A DNA stretch of 64,000 nucleotides, taken from assembly GCA_963822945.1 (NCBI GenBank), contig CAWGJO010000036.1, positions 60,897 through 124,896 on the forward strand, written 5' to 3'. Below are positions 42,558-53,966 of this stretch, piece after piece; position 1 is the first letter of the stretch, and the number at the start of each line of letters is the position of its first letter. Made by a program: the position numbers and the translations under genes. The notes below the pieces were generated by a model. It was not told the DNA's origin, ran no database searches, and saw nothing but the letters and a program-made list of their open reading frames with translations. The DNA is from an uncultured Gemmatimonadaceae bacterium (GTDB lineage: Bacteria > Gemmatimonadota > Gemmatimonadetes > Gemmatimonadales > Gemmatimonadaceae).

Positions 42558-43133
42558 ATGAAGCGCCGGCCGTTCGTGCATGCCCTGCTCTGCTCCGCCG
42601 CCCTCGTGCTGGGCGTCGGCCCCCGTCCCCTGCTCGCCCAGACGCGGGCCACCACCGTGATCGTGGTCCGGCACGCCGAGAAGGCCGCGCAGCCGGCGAA
42701 CGATCCCCCGCTCACCGCCCAGGGCCGCTCACGCGCGCGGGCGCTGGCCGCCGCCCTGAAGTCGGCGGACGTGACCGCCGTCGTCACGACGCAGTTCGCG
42801 CGCACCAAGGCGACCGCGGCACCGACCGCCGACGAATTCCACCTGACGCCGACCGTCGTGCCGGCCACCTCGCCCATTTCGGACCATGCGCGCGCCGTGG
42901 CCGCGGCCGTGATGCGCCACGCGGGCGGCACGGTGCTCGTGGTGGGGCACAGCAACACCGTGGCCGCCATCGTCGCCGCGCTCGGCGCTCCCAAACCTGC
43001 AGAGCTGTGCGACGCCGAGTACGACGCGATGTTCGTGGTGACCGTACGGGCAGACGGGAGCGCGAGCGTGATCAAGGCGCGCTACGGAACGGCGACGCCG
43101 GTGGCAGACGGGTGTGGGAATACGATGAAGTGA
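42558..43133 (+). CDS. Histidine phosphatase (SixA/PGM) family protein, exported
   Basis: VVRHAEK, LTAQGRSRA and LVVGHSNT motifs. Confidence 0.9.
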   Translation: MKRRPFVHALLCSAALVLGVGPRPLLAQTRATTVIVVRHAEKAAQPANDPPLTAQGRSRARALAAALKSADVTAVVTTQFARTKATAAPTADEFHLTPTVVPATSPISDHARAVAAAVMRHAGGTVLVVGHSNTVAAIVAALGAPKPAELCDAEYDAMFVVTVRADGSASVIKARYGTATPVADGCGNTMK

Positions 43134-43142
43134 TCGCCCGCC

Positions 43143-44402
43143 CTACGCTCCTCCCAGCCGCTCCGATCGCGCCACGAACACGGCCGCCGTCAGGTCGCCC
43201 GCCACGTTGAGCGTGGTGCGGCACATGTCGAGCAGCCGGTCCACACCCAGGATGATGGCGATGGACTCGGGCGGCGCGCCCACGGAGGCGAGCACCACCA
43301 TGATCAGCGGCAGCGAGCCGCCCGGCACACCGGCCGCTCCGATGGCCGTGATCACCGACAGCATGATCACCACCAACTGCTGGCCGAGCCCCAGGTGCAG
43401 CCCGAACACCTGGGCCAGGAAGAGCACGGTCACGCCCTCGTAGAGCGCCGTGCCGTTCATGTTCATGGTGGCGCCGAGCGGCAGCACGAATCCGGCGATC
43501 TTGGGCGGCACGCCCAGCTGCTGCTCGGCGACCGCGATGTTGGTGGGCAGCGTGGCGTTGCTGGAACTCGTGGAGAACGCCGTGACCAGGCTGTCCACCG
43601 CGCCGCGCCAGAACTTGGCGGGGCTCATGCCGCCCAGCGTGCGCACGAGGATCGAGAGACTGAACACGGCGTGGATCAGGAGTCCGCCGACCACGACCGC
43701 CACGTAGACCCCGAGCTGGCCCAGCAGCGCCCACCCGAATCGCGACGTGACCACGAAGATGAGCGCGAAGACGCCATACGGCGCGAGCTTCATCGCCATG
43801 TCGATGATCTTGATGATCACGTCGCCCAGCGCTTCCAGCACCTTGGTCATGGGCTCGGCGCGCTCGCGGGGAATCATCGTCAGCGCGGCCCCGAACACCA
43901 GCGCAAAGAAGATCACGCCGAGCATGTCCATGCGGGCCGCCGCGTCCACCGGGTTGCGCGGCACGATGTTCACGAACGTGTTCACGCCGAACGTGCCGGC
44001 CGCTCCCGCGGACTGCACACCGGCCATCTGCGAGCCGTACGTGTCGAGGAGCTGCTGCCGCATGGCGGGATCGAGCCCGCCGCCCGGATGGAACACGTTC
44101 ACCAGCGTCAATCCGATGACCACGGAGATGCCGCTGGAGAGCACGAAGTAGCCGAGCGTCTTGCCACCGAGCTTTCCCACTTTGCGGATGTCGCCGATGC
44201 CGGCCACGCCGAGCGTGATCGAGGCGAACACCAGCGGCACCACCGTCATGAGCAGCATGCGGAGGAATATCTGGCCGACGGGGCCGGCCACGTTGTCGCC
44301 GATCCAGCGCACCCAACTGGCGCCCGGCGCAAAGGTGTCGGCGGCGATGCCGGCCGCGGCCCCGAGCACGAGCCCGAGGACGATCTTGGTATGGAGTTTC
44401 AC
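43143..44402 (-). CDS. Dicarboxylate/amino acid:cation symporter (GltP-like)
   Basis: AFSTSSSNATLP, PLGATMNMNGTAL, GAAGVPGG and DMCRTTLNVAGD motifs. Confidence 0.95.
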   Translation of the reverse strand: MKLHTKIVLGLVLGAAAGIAADTFAPGASWVRWIGDNVAGPVGQIFLRMLLMTVVPLVFASITLGVAGIGDIRKVGKLGGKTLGYFVLSSGISVVIGLTLVNVFHPGGGLDPAMRQQLLDTYGSQMAGVQSAGAAGTFGVNTFVNIVPRNPVDAAARMDMLGVIFFALVFGAALTMIPRERAEPMTKVLEALGDVIIKIIDMAMKLAPYGVFALIFVVTSRFGWALLGQLGVYVAVVVGGLLIHAVFSLSILVRTLGGMSPAKFWRGAVDSLVTAFSTSSSNATLPTNIAVAEQQLGVPPKIAGFVLPLGATMNMNGTALYEGVTVLFLAQVFGLHLGLGQQLVVIMLSVITAIGAAGVPGGSLPLIMVVLASVGAPPESIAIILGVDRLLDMCRTTLNVAGDLTAAVFVARSERLGGA

Positions 44403-44556
44403 GTGACGGCGGTTGGGGGGAACCTCGTCAGGCGTCGTGATCGCGAGATCGCGGCGCGAAGTCCCGAACTCTCGCCGGCGGCCCGCGGGAATTCAAGCCC
44501 GACGGGCGACGTCGGATTCCATTCCACCGGCCCGATGGACGGGTCGTCCAGGTACT

Positions 44557-44982
44557 TCAGGAATCCAGTGTCCTCCGCAACCTCAACGCGTCCCGAACCT
44601 CCCTAGCCGCGGCAACCAGGTCGTCCACCACACGCTGATCGACCTCCATCACGCCCTCGTATTCTGCCTGATTACGCAACCCGTGACATTTGGCGAGGAC
44701 GCGCCAGGTCCGCGGCGCCAGGCCAAGCGTGTGCGGCAAGCACTGGAATACGATGTACCGCTTCTCCGCACGATACCCCGCGATTCGGAGCGCGGCGAGC
44801 GAGAGCGCGTGCGCGCCGTTGTACGCCAGATCGAAGCGACTCTCCAGCGTCAGATCCGCGTTAGCGGCGTCGGCCAGACGCGCCTCACCCGACCGGCGCA
44901 GCCCGTCGATCTCCGCTGGGGACGGCGGCTCCGGTTTGAGCTGCCCCGAGCGCACCAGATTATCAAGCTCAGTCGAGGTCAC
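44557..44982 (-). CDS. HEPN-like protein
   Basis: SRFDLAYN.AH.L.L.ALR..GYR and C-terminal RNQAEYEG; overlaps the upstream MNT gene. Confidence 0.78.
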   Translation of the reverse strand: MTSTELDNLVRSGQLKPEPPSPAEIDGLRRSGEARLADAANADLTLESRFDLAYNGAHALSLAALRIAGYRAEKRYIVFQCLPHTLGLAPRTWRVLAKCHGLRNQAEYEGVMEVDQRVVDDLVAAAREVRDALRLRRTLDS

Positions 44983-45577
44983 GCTCCGCCCCGATGACGA
45001 ACAGGTGGCCGCCTGCGGCCACCCGGGCCACGAAGGATCCCTTGGCCGTCTTCTTGGCGCGCCAGCTCTTGACGGATAGCAGGGTCGGGTTCACCGCTCG
45101 GCCGAGCGTCGATTCAACCTCAGCCAGCGCTTCGAACACCTCGTCGTGGCGGACGGTGTCCGAGAGAATGAGCAGATCGATGTCGCTTCCCGCGCGATCG
45201 GTCCCCTTCGCCACCGAGCCGTACACGAACGCTGCGCGAATGCGATTGGCAAGCGGAGCGAGCGCCCCGCGCAGCGGCTCCACGAGGCCGACGCTCTTGA
45301 CCACCAATCCGTGCAACTCGTGGAATACCGGCGAATCGGCGTTCGCCTGATAGTGCTTCTGGTTGCCGATGCGGGTAACCGTGACCAACCCGGCATCGGC
45401 AAGACGCGCGAGCTGGCGGTGGACCGCGCCTGTGCCACCCTCGACCATGCGAATCAACTCGGAACTCTGGTAGCGCCGATCCGGCTGGCCGAACAGAAGC
45501 GCCAACACCCTGGCCTGAACCGGGGTGAAGAGCGCCGTCGATAAGCCTGAGGGGCGACTCGCCTTTGGCGTTCCCAT
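44969..45577 (-). CDS. HTH plus minimal nucleotidyltransferase (MNT)
   Basis: N-terminal winged HTH; AFVYGSVAKG...SDIDLL motif. Confidence 0.88.
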   Translation of the reverse strand: MGTPKASRPSGLSTALFTPVQARVLALLFGQPDRRYQSSELIRMVEGGTGAVHRQLARLADAGLVTVTRIGNQKHYQANADSPVFHELHGLVVKSVGLVEPLRGALAPLANRIRAAFVYGSVAKGTDRAGSDIDLLILSDTVRHDEVFEALAEVESTLGRAVNPTLLSVKSWRAKKTAKGSFVARVAAGGHLFVIGAERDLD

Positions 45578-45606
45578 AATGGGAATGATTACACCCATTC
45601 TGGGAA
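45571..45606. promoter_or_regulatory. Tandem palindromic operator sites at the MNT start
   Basis: ttcccataatgggaa (45571-45585) and cccattctggg (45594-45604). Confidence 0.6.
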
Positions 45607-45769
45607 TTGTGCAAGCCAGAGCGTTCTGTGCCATGCAGGCCACCTTGGCCCCTCGCCTCCGGCGTCATGTCACCATTCGAACGCCGGCCGAAGCATACCT
45701 CGCACAGTGACCGAACCGGTAGGAAATGGGCGCCTGCGACCGCAACGGCGCGGACGATTGCGTTGGGAG

Positions 45770-47913
45770 TTACACGAGCTTCCCAATCGGCAGCTTCCGC
45801 ACCCGCTTCCCCGTAAGCGCGAAGATCGCATTCCCCACCGCCGGCGCGATGGGCGGCGTGGCCGGCTCACCTGCCCCGCCCTGCGCATCGGTGCTCGGCA
45901 CGATGTGCACCTCCACCACCGGCATCTCGGCCATGCGCAGCATGCGGTACTTGTCGAAGTTCCCCTCGACGATCCGCCCGTTCTCCACGTGCACCTCGCC
46001 CCAAAGCGCCGCCGTCAGTCCGTACACGATGGCGCTCTGCATCTGCGACTCGACGATGGCCGGATTCACCACCGGCCCGCAGTCGATGGCGCACACCACC
46101 TTGTGCACGCGCACGCTGCCGTCGCCCGCCACACTCACCTCGGCCACCTCGGCCACGTAACTCTGGAAGCTCAGGTGCACGGCGATCCCCCGCGCGTGGC
46201 CCGTGGGGAGCGGCGTGCCCCACCCCGCCTTCTCGGCGGCCAGTTCCAGCACGCGCTTGTGCCGCGGCGAGTCGCCCAGCAGGCCGCGGCGGAACTCGTA
46301 GGGATCCTTTCCGCGGCGTGCGCCAGCTCGTCCACGAACGTCTCCACCGCGAAGCCGTTGTACGAATTGTTCACGGAGCGCCAGAAGCCCACGGGGATTC
46401 CCGTGTCCACGTTGTGCGAATCGACGAGCACGTTGGGAATGGCGTACGGCATCGCCATCGCGCCCTCCACCAATTCCGGGTCGTAGCCGTGGTCCAGCGT
46501 CTCTGGCCAGAAGCGCACCATCGAACTCTGCGCCGTCACGCGATGCGTCCAGAGCACCGGCTTGCCGCCGGCCTCGATTCCACCCCGGAACTGGTGGCGC
46601 GAGGCGCATCTATAGAAGTCGTGCTGCGTGTCGTCCTCGCGCGAGTAGATCACCTTCACCGGCGCCTTCATCGCCTTGCTCGCCTCCAGCGCGTCGGTGA
46701 CGAAGTCGAGTTCCACGCGCCGCCCGAAGCCGCCGCCCAGGTAGGTGGTGTGCACGTTCACCTTGCTCTGCGGCACGCCGCCGATCCTTGCGCCGAGCTG
46801 CTGCACCCAGGTCTGGAGCTGCGTGGGCGCCCAGATGTCCACACCGTCGGCGCGCACGTGGGCCGTGCAGTTCATCGGCTCCATGGTGGAGTGCGCGAGC
46901 AACGGAAGCTCGTACACCGCCTCCACCGTCTTCGCGGCGCGCGCCGATTCGGGATGTCCCTTCTTCAGCGCCGTGTGCCCCGGCTTCTTGGACCGCTCGG
47001 CGTACAGCGCCCAGATGCTCTCGGTGCTGGCGTGGGCGTTGGGGCCGTCGTCGAACTCGACGCTCAGCGCGGCGCGGCCCTTGTGGGCGGGCCAGTAGCC
47101 GTCGGCCACCACGGCCACCCCGTTGGAGATCTGCACCACGTCGCGCACGCCGGGCACCGCCCTGGCCTTCGCGGCGTCGAAGCTCTTCACCTTGCCGCCG
47201 AACACCGCCGGCCGCGCGACCAGCGCCACGAGCATGCCCGGCACCTTGACGTCGATGCCGAACTCCGCGCTCCCGTCCACCTTGGCCGGCGTGTCGAGCC
47301 GCTTGGCCGGCGTGCCGACGATCTTCCAGTCCTTGGCGGGCTTGAGCGGCACGGCTGTTGGAAGCGGCAGCTTCGAAGCGGCTGCCGCCAGGTTGCCGTA
47401 GCTGACCTTCCGGTTGGTCGGCGTGTGGATCACCGCGCCCAACTCGGCGCGGCATTCGGAGGCGTCCACCTTCCAGCGCGCGGCGGCTGCCGCAATGAGC
47501 ACCTCGCGGGCCGCGGCGCCGGCCTGGCGCAGCGGCGTGAAGGCGACGCGCACGCTGCTGCTGCCCCCCGTGCCCTGCGCGCCGAAGTCCGGGTTGTAGT
47601 ACACCTCGGCGGCGGGGGCAAACTCGATGCCGATGTCGTTCCAGTCGGCCTCGAGTTCCTCGGCCAGGAGCATGGGAAGCGCGGTGGCCACGCCCTGTCC
47701 CATCTCACTGCGGTCCACGAGCAGCGTGATGCTGTCGTCGGTGCCGATGCGGATCCAGGCGTCGAGCGGTACGGACGGACCGGAGTGGCCGATGATCGTC
47801 GGTTCGCACCCGGTGGCGCTGAACGAGAATCCGATGAGCAGGCCGGCGCTGACCACGGCCGAGGCTTTGACGAAATCGCGGCGCGAGACCTCGCGCGAAC
47901 GGGGAGTGGTCAT
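45770..47913 (-). CDS. Xanthine dehydrogenase-family molybdopterin-binding subunit (IorB-like), Tat signal; frameshift near 46310
   Basis: [26 protein letters not shown] and GFWRSV; the second frame gives [13 protein letters not shown]. Confidence 0.92.
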
Positions 47914-47914
47914 G

Positions 47915-48376
47915 TCACACCTCCCCGGCGGCGGCCACGCGGTGGATCGCGGCGCGGATGCGCTGGTAGGTGCCGCAGCGGCAGATGTTCGTCATCGCGG
48001 CGTCGATCTCGTCGTCGGTGGGCTCGTTTCGCTTGTCGAGCAGCGCGACGGCAGCCATGATCTGCCCCGACTGGCAGTAGCCGCACTGCGGCACGTCCTC
48101 GGCGATCCAGGCCTTCTGCACGGCGTGCGTGCGATCGGGCGACAGGCCCTCGATGGTGGTGATCTTCTTGCCGGCCACGGCGCTCACCGGCAGCGAGCAC
48201 GACCTGGTGGGATGGCCGTCGAGGTGGACCGTGCAGGCGCCGCACTCGCCGATGCCGCAGCCGAACTTGGTGCCGGTGAGCCCGAGGTCGTCGCGGAGCA
48301 CCCAGAGGAGCGGGGTGTCGGGGGCGACGTCGACGGTGTGCGACTTGCCGTTGACGGTGAGCGAGGTGCGGGACAT
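47915..48376 (-). CDS. (2Fe-2S)-binding subunit (IorA-like)
   Basis: [22 protein letters not shown] and CRCGTY motifs. Confidence 0.95.
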   Translation of the reverse strand: MSRTSLTVNGKSHTVDVAPDTPLLWVLRDDLGLTGTKFGCGIGECGACTVHLDGHPTRSCSLPVSAVAGKKITTIEGLSPDRTHAVQKAWIAEDVPQCGYCQSGQIMAAVALLDKRNEPTDDEIDAAMTNICRCGTYQRIRAAIHRVAAAGEV

Positions 48377-48743
48377 GTGGGACTCGCAGGTGGGAGGGGG
48401 AACCGCGCGAGAGAAGATACCGGCAGCGGACGCCCTAGGAAAGGAAGCTACCAGCTACGAGTCAGCATCCCGGCGGCATTCCCGAGGTGAGCGTGCGGAG
48501 TATATCACGTGCGGACGCCAGTGCTTGCCCTCGTCGTTCAGGTACTGCTGCCTGGACACCATGGCAGAGCGATCTCGGCCTCGGTACTGGGGCTCGGGCA
48601 TTCCTCGAGCGACCCCTTCGTTCGCGGGAGCGTAAGGAATGTGTTTGGCTGCGAGGCGAACCCCGGGTTGATGGTTCCCGGCTTCGGAGCCGAGCCGTAG
48701 GTTCTCGCCCATCCACTCGACGGAATGCACCGGAGGCGCACTC

Positions 48744-49520
48744 GTGACTCGGTACCGGCAGCTCGCGCGATCGACGTTCGCGGTGGGGATGATGGGCACC
48801 GGCGTCCTGCCGCTCGTGTACGGATACAAGGTGCTCCTGTTCCAGCCGGTGCCGGCGTGGGTTCCGTCGCCGCAGACGCTCGGGCTCGTTGCCGGCGTCC
48901 TGATGATCGCCACGGGCGCCGGGTTGCTGTTCGAGCGAACGGTGCGCGTGTCCGTTCGCGTGCTGCTCCCCTTCCTGCTGCTCTGGACGCTCACCCGGGT
49001 GCCGGCGGTGTTCGCGCAGCCGCTGCGCGAGATCAGCTGGTTCGCCATCGGTGAGGTGGCGGTGCTCGCCGCCGGGGCGCTGGTGATCTTCGTGCAGTTC
49101 GCGGGGCTGCGGGAGGGGTCGGGGCTGCAGGTGGCGATGGCGAAGCACGGCCTGCGCACCGCATGCGTTCTGCTGGGCCTCTCGCTCGTGACCTACGGTC
49201 TCTCGCACTTCTTCGAGTTCAGACTCCGGACCATTTCGCTTGTGCCCGCGTGGCTGCCCTTCCGCGCGGAGTGGGCCTACCTGGCCGGCGCCGGACAGGT
49301 GGCGTGCGGACTCGGCCTGGTGTTCGGGGTGTATCCGCGTCTCGCGGCGGCCACCGAAGCGGCGATGTTGAGCCTGTTCACCGTTCTCGTATGGGTGCCG
49401 GCGGTGGTCAGCAAGCCGGGGGTGACCTCCAACTGGGTGGAGGGTGTCGTCACGGCGGCGCTGGCGGGGGCGGTGTGGGTGGTGGCGGAGGGGATGCCGG
49501 CTGCGCGACAGGGGCACTGA
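48744..49520 (+). CDS. DoxX-like multi-pass membrane protein
   Basis: Duplicated VPAW.P...AYLAG...G pattern; about 8 TM helices. Confidence 0.75.
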   Translation: MTRYRQLARSTFAVGMMGTGVLPLVYGYKVLLFQPVPAWVPSPQTLGLVAGVLMIATGAGLLFERTVRVSVRVLLPFLLLWTLTRVPAVFAQPLREISWFAIGEVAVLAAGALVIFVQFAGLREGSGLQVAMAKHGLRTACVLLGLSLVTYGLSHFFEFRLRTISLVPAWLPFRAEWAYLAGAGQVACGLGLVFGVYPRLAAATEAAMLSLFTVLVWVPAVVSKPGVTSNWVEGVVTAALAGAVWVVAEGMPAARQGH

Positions 49521-49583
49521 CAAACGAAACGCCCGCCGCAGTTTCGCGGCGGGCGTTCGCAGTAGAGCATGCACCCAGCAAGT
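49520..49583 (-). ncRNA. Predicted anti-tRNA small RNA, module 1
   Basis: Starts ACTTGCTGGGTGC (49583-49571), perfectly complementary to the anticodon arm of tRNA 49634-49717. Ends in a terminator (stem 49528-49539 / 49546-49557, then a T-rich tail). Confidence 0.75.
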
Positions 49584-49589
49584 ACTTGG

Positions 49590-49618
49590 AGAGTATCGCG
49601 TCCACGGTGCCGAGTCAA
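49590..49618 (-). promoter_or_regulatory. Sigma70-like promoter TTGACT-N17-TACTCT for anti-tRNA 1
   Basis: Same -35, spacing and 6-nt distance to the antisense start in all four modules. Confidence 0.75.
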
Positions 49619-49633
49619 TGACTTTGGCGGCCG

Positions 49634-49717
49634 TGCCCGGAGCGGGATTTGAACCCGCACGCCCTTTCGGGCACACACTTGCTGGGTGCGCGTGTCTACC
49701 ATTTCCACCATCCGGGC
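49634..49717 (-). tRNA. Leu-type (class II) tRNA body with AGC (Ala) anticodon and C33; no encoded CCA
   Basis: GCCCGGA-TG-GTGG AAATGGTAG ACAC-G-CGCAC CCAGCAA GTGTG-TGCCCGAAAGGGCGT-GCGGG TTCAAAT CCCGC-TCCGGGC-A. Confidence 0.88.
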
Positions 49718-49983
49718 ACGTGAACGAGGATGGCGGAAGAGGGTCGACCACCCGGCAAGTCACTCCTCGCTACCCGGCGGAACCTTACCGCGTAAGAGGA
49801 GTGACATCGTCGCCGTAAGAACCCCAGGGGGAGCAGAATGTCGCATTCCACTCCACCGCGACCTCAAGGCCCGGCGGAGTGGTGCGGGTAGAAGATGAAA
49901 CTGACTCCGAGGCCGATCAATCCGCCGGCAGTTGCGCCCACGGCGATGGTGAACGGCACGACGAATGCAATCCGGCTCGGCAT

Positions 49984-50523
49984 TCAGCCGAAGATCTCGC
50001 GCACCGCGATCGTCAGCGCTTCGCGTGCGCCCGCCGGGTGCCACACCACCGCGTCGTCCACCGTCCGGTCCTCGTGGCCCGGCCGCACCACGGTGACGGC
50101 CTCGCGTTCCGGATCCACGATCCAGTATTCCGGAACTGCCTGCGCCAGGTAGAAGTCGCGCTTGTGCTGGCGATCGCGACGTCGGGTGGACGGAGACAGC
50201 ACTTCGACGATCAGGCTGGGGAGCGGCATGTCGCTCCATTCCGTGCCCTTCTGTGGCGGAGGCCGGCGCACCATCAGGTCGGGCTCCACCTCGGACCCGG
50301 CAATCCGCAGCACCGCGCGCGGATGGTAGACGAAGCCGAGCCCCTGGGCGGCGACGAACGGTTCGAGCAGTCGAGTGAGCCGGGCGAGAACCGTCTCGTG
50401 ATCCACGTTCGGCGGCGGCGTCACGAACAGTTCGCCGTCGATGAGCTCGTACTTGTTGCCGTCGTCCGGCAGGCTGTGGAGCTCCTCGAGCGTCCACTGT
50501 TTGGTGGTTGGCGCCATCGGCAT
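49984..50523 (-). CDS. Uma2-family (PD-(D/E)XK) endonuclease-like protein
   Basis: YELIDGEL, VEPDL, VEVLSPST...D...K..FY and VPEYWIVDP motifs. Confidence 0.92.
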   Translation of the reverse strand: MPMAPTTKQWTLEELHSLPDDGNKYELIDGELFVTPPPNVDHETVLARLTRLLEPFVAAQGLGFVYHPRAVLRIAGSEVEPDLMVRRPPPQKGTEWSDMPLPSLIVEVLSPSTRRRDRQHKRDFYLAQAVPEYWIVDPEREAVTVVRPGHEDRTVDDAVVWHPAGAREALTIAVREIFG

Positions 50524-50723
50524 GGCCGGTCCTTCCTCGGCAAAGGGTGTCTCGCGAGCATGCGCCGAGCATACACGCCGCGAGCGGAACGCCCTCACCG
50601 TTGTGTTGCGCTCCGCGTCATCCCGTCGCATCGCGGGAGACAGCCGAGCATATGCTCGGCTAGGCGGCCGAGTCAATGGGAAGGCGCTGCGGTGCCGTGT
50701 CCGGAGCGGATCGAACCCACCCC

Positions 50724-53700
50724 CTACGGCTGGATCGCCACCTCCACCCCCTGCGCCTTGAGCCGCGCGTTGAACGCGGGCACGGTCTTGCTCGTGAACT
50801 CATCGAGCGACTTCCGCGACGACGCCATCCACGTCTTGAAATAGTCGTTGACCGCGACCTCGCCGGCCGTGGGTCCCAGGTCGGCCTCGTCCTTGTCGTA
50901 GAGCGCGGTCAGCTTCTGGTAGAGCTGGCTGGGAAAGCGGTTCAGATCCTCGTTGCCGTCGGTGAGATGCACGTCGATCAGCTTGCCCTCGATGGCGATG
51001 GCCTCGTCGGCCAGCTTGCGCGACTCGGCCACCACGCCGCGGTGCGCCGCGTCGCCGCGGTAGCGCATGCTCGAGGTCGGCGAGCTGCTTCCGCACCCAC
51101 TCCAGCTGCTCGATCATGTTCGACACGCTGTCGATCTCGCGCTCCAGCCCCAGCTTGAACTGCAGCTGCGCCCGCATGCTGGCCGCGGTGCCGAGCGACG
51201 CAGGGTCGGCCAGCACCCGGAGCGGCTGCGACTCGGTCGCGCCGCCGGCGTCGAGCTTCACCGTGTAACTGCCGGGCGTCACGCGGGGACCGGTCACGGT
51301 GCCGGGAATCATGATGCCGGTGAGGATGTGGTAGCCCCCGGGACCGTTGGGCACCCAGGGCGCGTCGGGGGGCGGCACCAGCATGTGCGGCATGGCGCCG
51401 TTGGGATAGCGCAGGTCCCACCACGCGCGGTTGAGCCCCTCCGCGCCGCGCACGTGCAACGTGTTGATGGTCCTGCCGTCGGCACCGGCGATGGTGATGG
51501 TGGCCGGGCCGGCGTGCGCGAGATAGAAGTTGATGTCGGCGCCGTACGGCGGGTCCTGCCCCACCACGCGCGCGCCGGGCTCGGCGAGCCGCCGGTCGCT
51601 CTTCTGCCGGAAGCGGTACGCCGCCCGCAGCGGGATAGAGCGCCGCCGCCTTCGCGCCGGGGTCGTAGTGCCGCAGGGCGGTGATGTCGTCCATGATCCA
51701 GTCGCCGCGCCCGTAGGTGGCGATCACCAGATCGTTGAAGCGCGGCTGGACGGTGATCCAGTAGACCGGCGCCGGTGGCAGGTTCTGGTTGAGCTTTGTC
51801 CAGTTGCCGCCGTCGTTCCAGCTCACGTATATCGCGTTGTCGGTGCCCAGGTAGAGCATCCCCTTGCGCACGGGATCTTCGACGATGCAGTGCGCCGAGC
51901 TGTTGTACCCCTTGGGCACGCCCGCGCTGATCATCGTCCAACTCCGGCCGTAGTCGGCGGTCTTGTAGACGTAGGCGTCGTAGTCGCCCATCTGCTCCAG
52001 GTTCACCGTGATGTAGGCGGTGCCGGCGTCGAAGGGCGACGGATCGATGTTCCAGATCGTGCCCATGGGCTTGAGGTCCGGGAATGTTCTTCGTGACGTT
52101 GGTCCAGTGCGCGCCGCCGTCGCGGGTGAGGCTCACCTGCCCGTCGTTGGTGCCCGCCCAGATGACGCCCTGCTTCACCGGCGACTCGGCGATGGAGAAG
52201 ATCAGTGCCGCGTCGTAGGTGTAGAGGTTGTCGTGCGTGATGCCGCCGGAGTTCCCCTCGTGCGCCTTGTCGTCGAGCGTGAGGTCGGGGCTGATCGTCT
52301 TCCAGCTCTGCCCGCCGTCGGTGGTCTCGTGCACGTACTGGCTGCCCACGTACACGCGGTTGTGGTCGAAGGGGGAGATGGCGAGCGGGATCGTCCAGTC
52401 CCACCGGTACTTCACGTCGCGCGGCGCCCAGCCATCGTCCACGTCGGGCCACACGCTCACGTCGCGCGCCTGCCCGTCCTTCATGTTCATGCGGCTGATC
52501 ACACCCTCGTAGCACCCCGACCAGACGATGTCGGGATCGGTGGGGTCGGGCGTCGCGAACCCGCTCTCGCACCCGCCCACCGCCTTGAAGTCGCCGGCGG
52601 TGATGCCGCCGCCAAAGCCGCCGCGCCCCGCGAGGTTGTTGCTGGGACCCACGAAACTCGACGCGTCCTGCAGGTTGCCGTAGATGTCGTAGGGAATCCG
52701 GTCGTCGGTGCTGACGTGATAGACCTGCGCGATGGGCAGCCGGATGTGCTCGAAGGTGCGGCTGCCGTCGAGACTCACCGAGAGCCCGGCGTCGTTGGCC
52801 ACGAGAATGCGGTTCGCATTGTCGGGATCGATCCAGATGTCGTGGTTGTCGCCGCCGGCGGAGCCGAAGCCGTTCCCTCGGCCGGGGCGCAGGAAGGTCT
52901 TGCCGCCGTCGAGCGAGATGGTGTAGTTAGGGCTCACGAAGTACAGGCGGTCGGGATCCGTGGTGGAGACGCCGAAGTTCGTGTAGTACGAGTCGCGCTG
53001 CAGCATCATGTGGTCGTGGCTGACCATCGTCCAACTGGCGCCCGCGTCGTCGGAGCGGTAGAGCGTGGGCTGGCTGTCCTGCACCAGGGCGTACCAGCGC
53101 GTGGGGAGGCTGTGCGCGATGGCGACCGCGACCTTGCCCACCACGTGCGGGGCCGCGGGCAGCCCGTGCCCCGAGAGCTGCGTCCACGTGTCGCCGCCGT
53201 CGCGGCTCACGTACATGCCGCCGTCGGGCCCGCCGCTGTCGAGATTCCAGGGATACACGCGCACCTGCCACATGCCGGCGAACAGCGTGTTGGGGTCGGC
53301 CGGGTCCATGGCCAGGTCGTTGCAGCCGGTGTCGCCGTTGGGGCCGAGCACCAGCTTCCACGTCTTGCCGCCGTCGAGCGTGCGGTAGACGCCGCGCTCG
53401 GGCTGTGCCTTGAAGAGCTGGCCCAGCGCGCAGACGAACACGCGCTGCGGGTCGTGCGGGTCGATCACGATGTGGCCGATGTGGCCGGTGGCGTCGAGGC
53501 CCATGTGCTCCCAGTGCTCGCCGCCGTCCATGGACTTGTAGACGCCGTCGCCCATGGGATAGTAGGGACGGATGAGCCAGGTCTCGCCCGTGCCGGCCCA
53601 CACCACGTTGGGGCTGGACTGCGACACCGCGAGCGCGCCCACGGCCGAGACGTCTTCGTGATCGAACACGGGCCGCCAGTCGACGCCGCCGTTCTCGGTT

Positions 53701-53966
53701 TTCCAGATGCCGCCCGAGGCGGCGCCGACGTACATCACGGCCGGGTCGCCCGCCACGCCCGCCGCCGCGGCAGCGCGGTTGCCGTACGGGCCCACGAAGC
53801 GCCAGCTCATCTCACCGAGCGGTCCGAGTGACGCGGCGGCTGCTCCGCGTCCAATGCCGCGCTGGGCGCGTGCAGGGGCCGGCGCCAGCGCCAGCGATGC
53901 AAGGATGAACGGCGCGAGGACCAGCGCGGTGCCCCTCGACGCGAATCGCGACTGCGGCGTGCTCAT
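50724..53966 (-). CDS. VPS10/sortilin-like BNR-repeat (sialidase-fold) secreted protein; frameshifts near 52075, 51635 and 51068
   Basis: Many S.DGG.TW Asp-box repeats; GAASGGIWKT, DNHDIWID, IATYGRG and GLNRAWWDLRY across frames. Confidence 0.9.

Noticed and set aside
48430..48740. Possible ncRNA or gene remnant in the intergenic region
   Set aside because: No convincing structure, motif or homology recognisable by eye.
49984..50523. Uma2 nuclease as the protein component of the tRNA module
   Set aside because: It is adjacent to only one of four modules, and the family is widespread.
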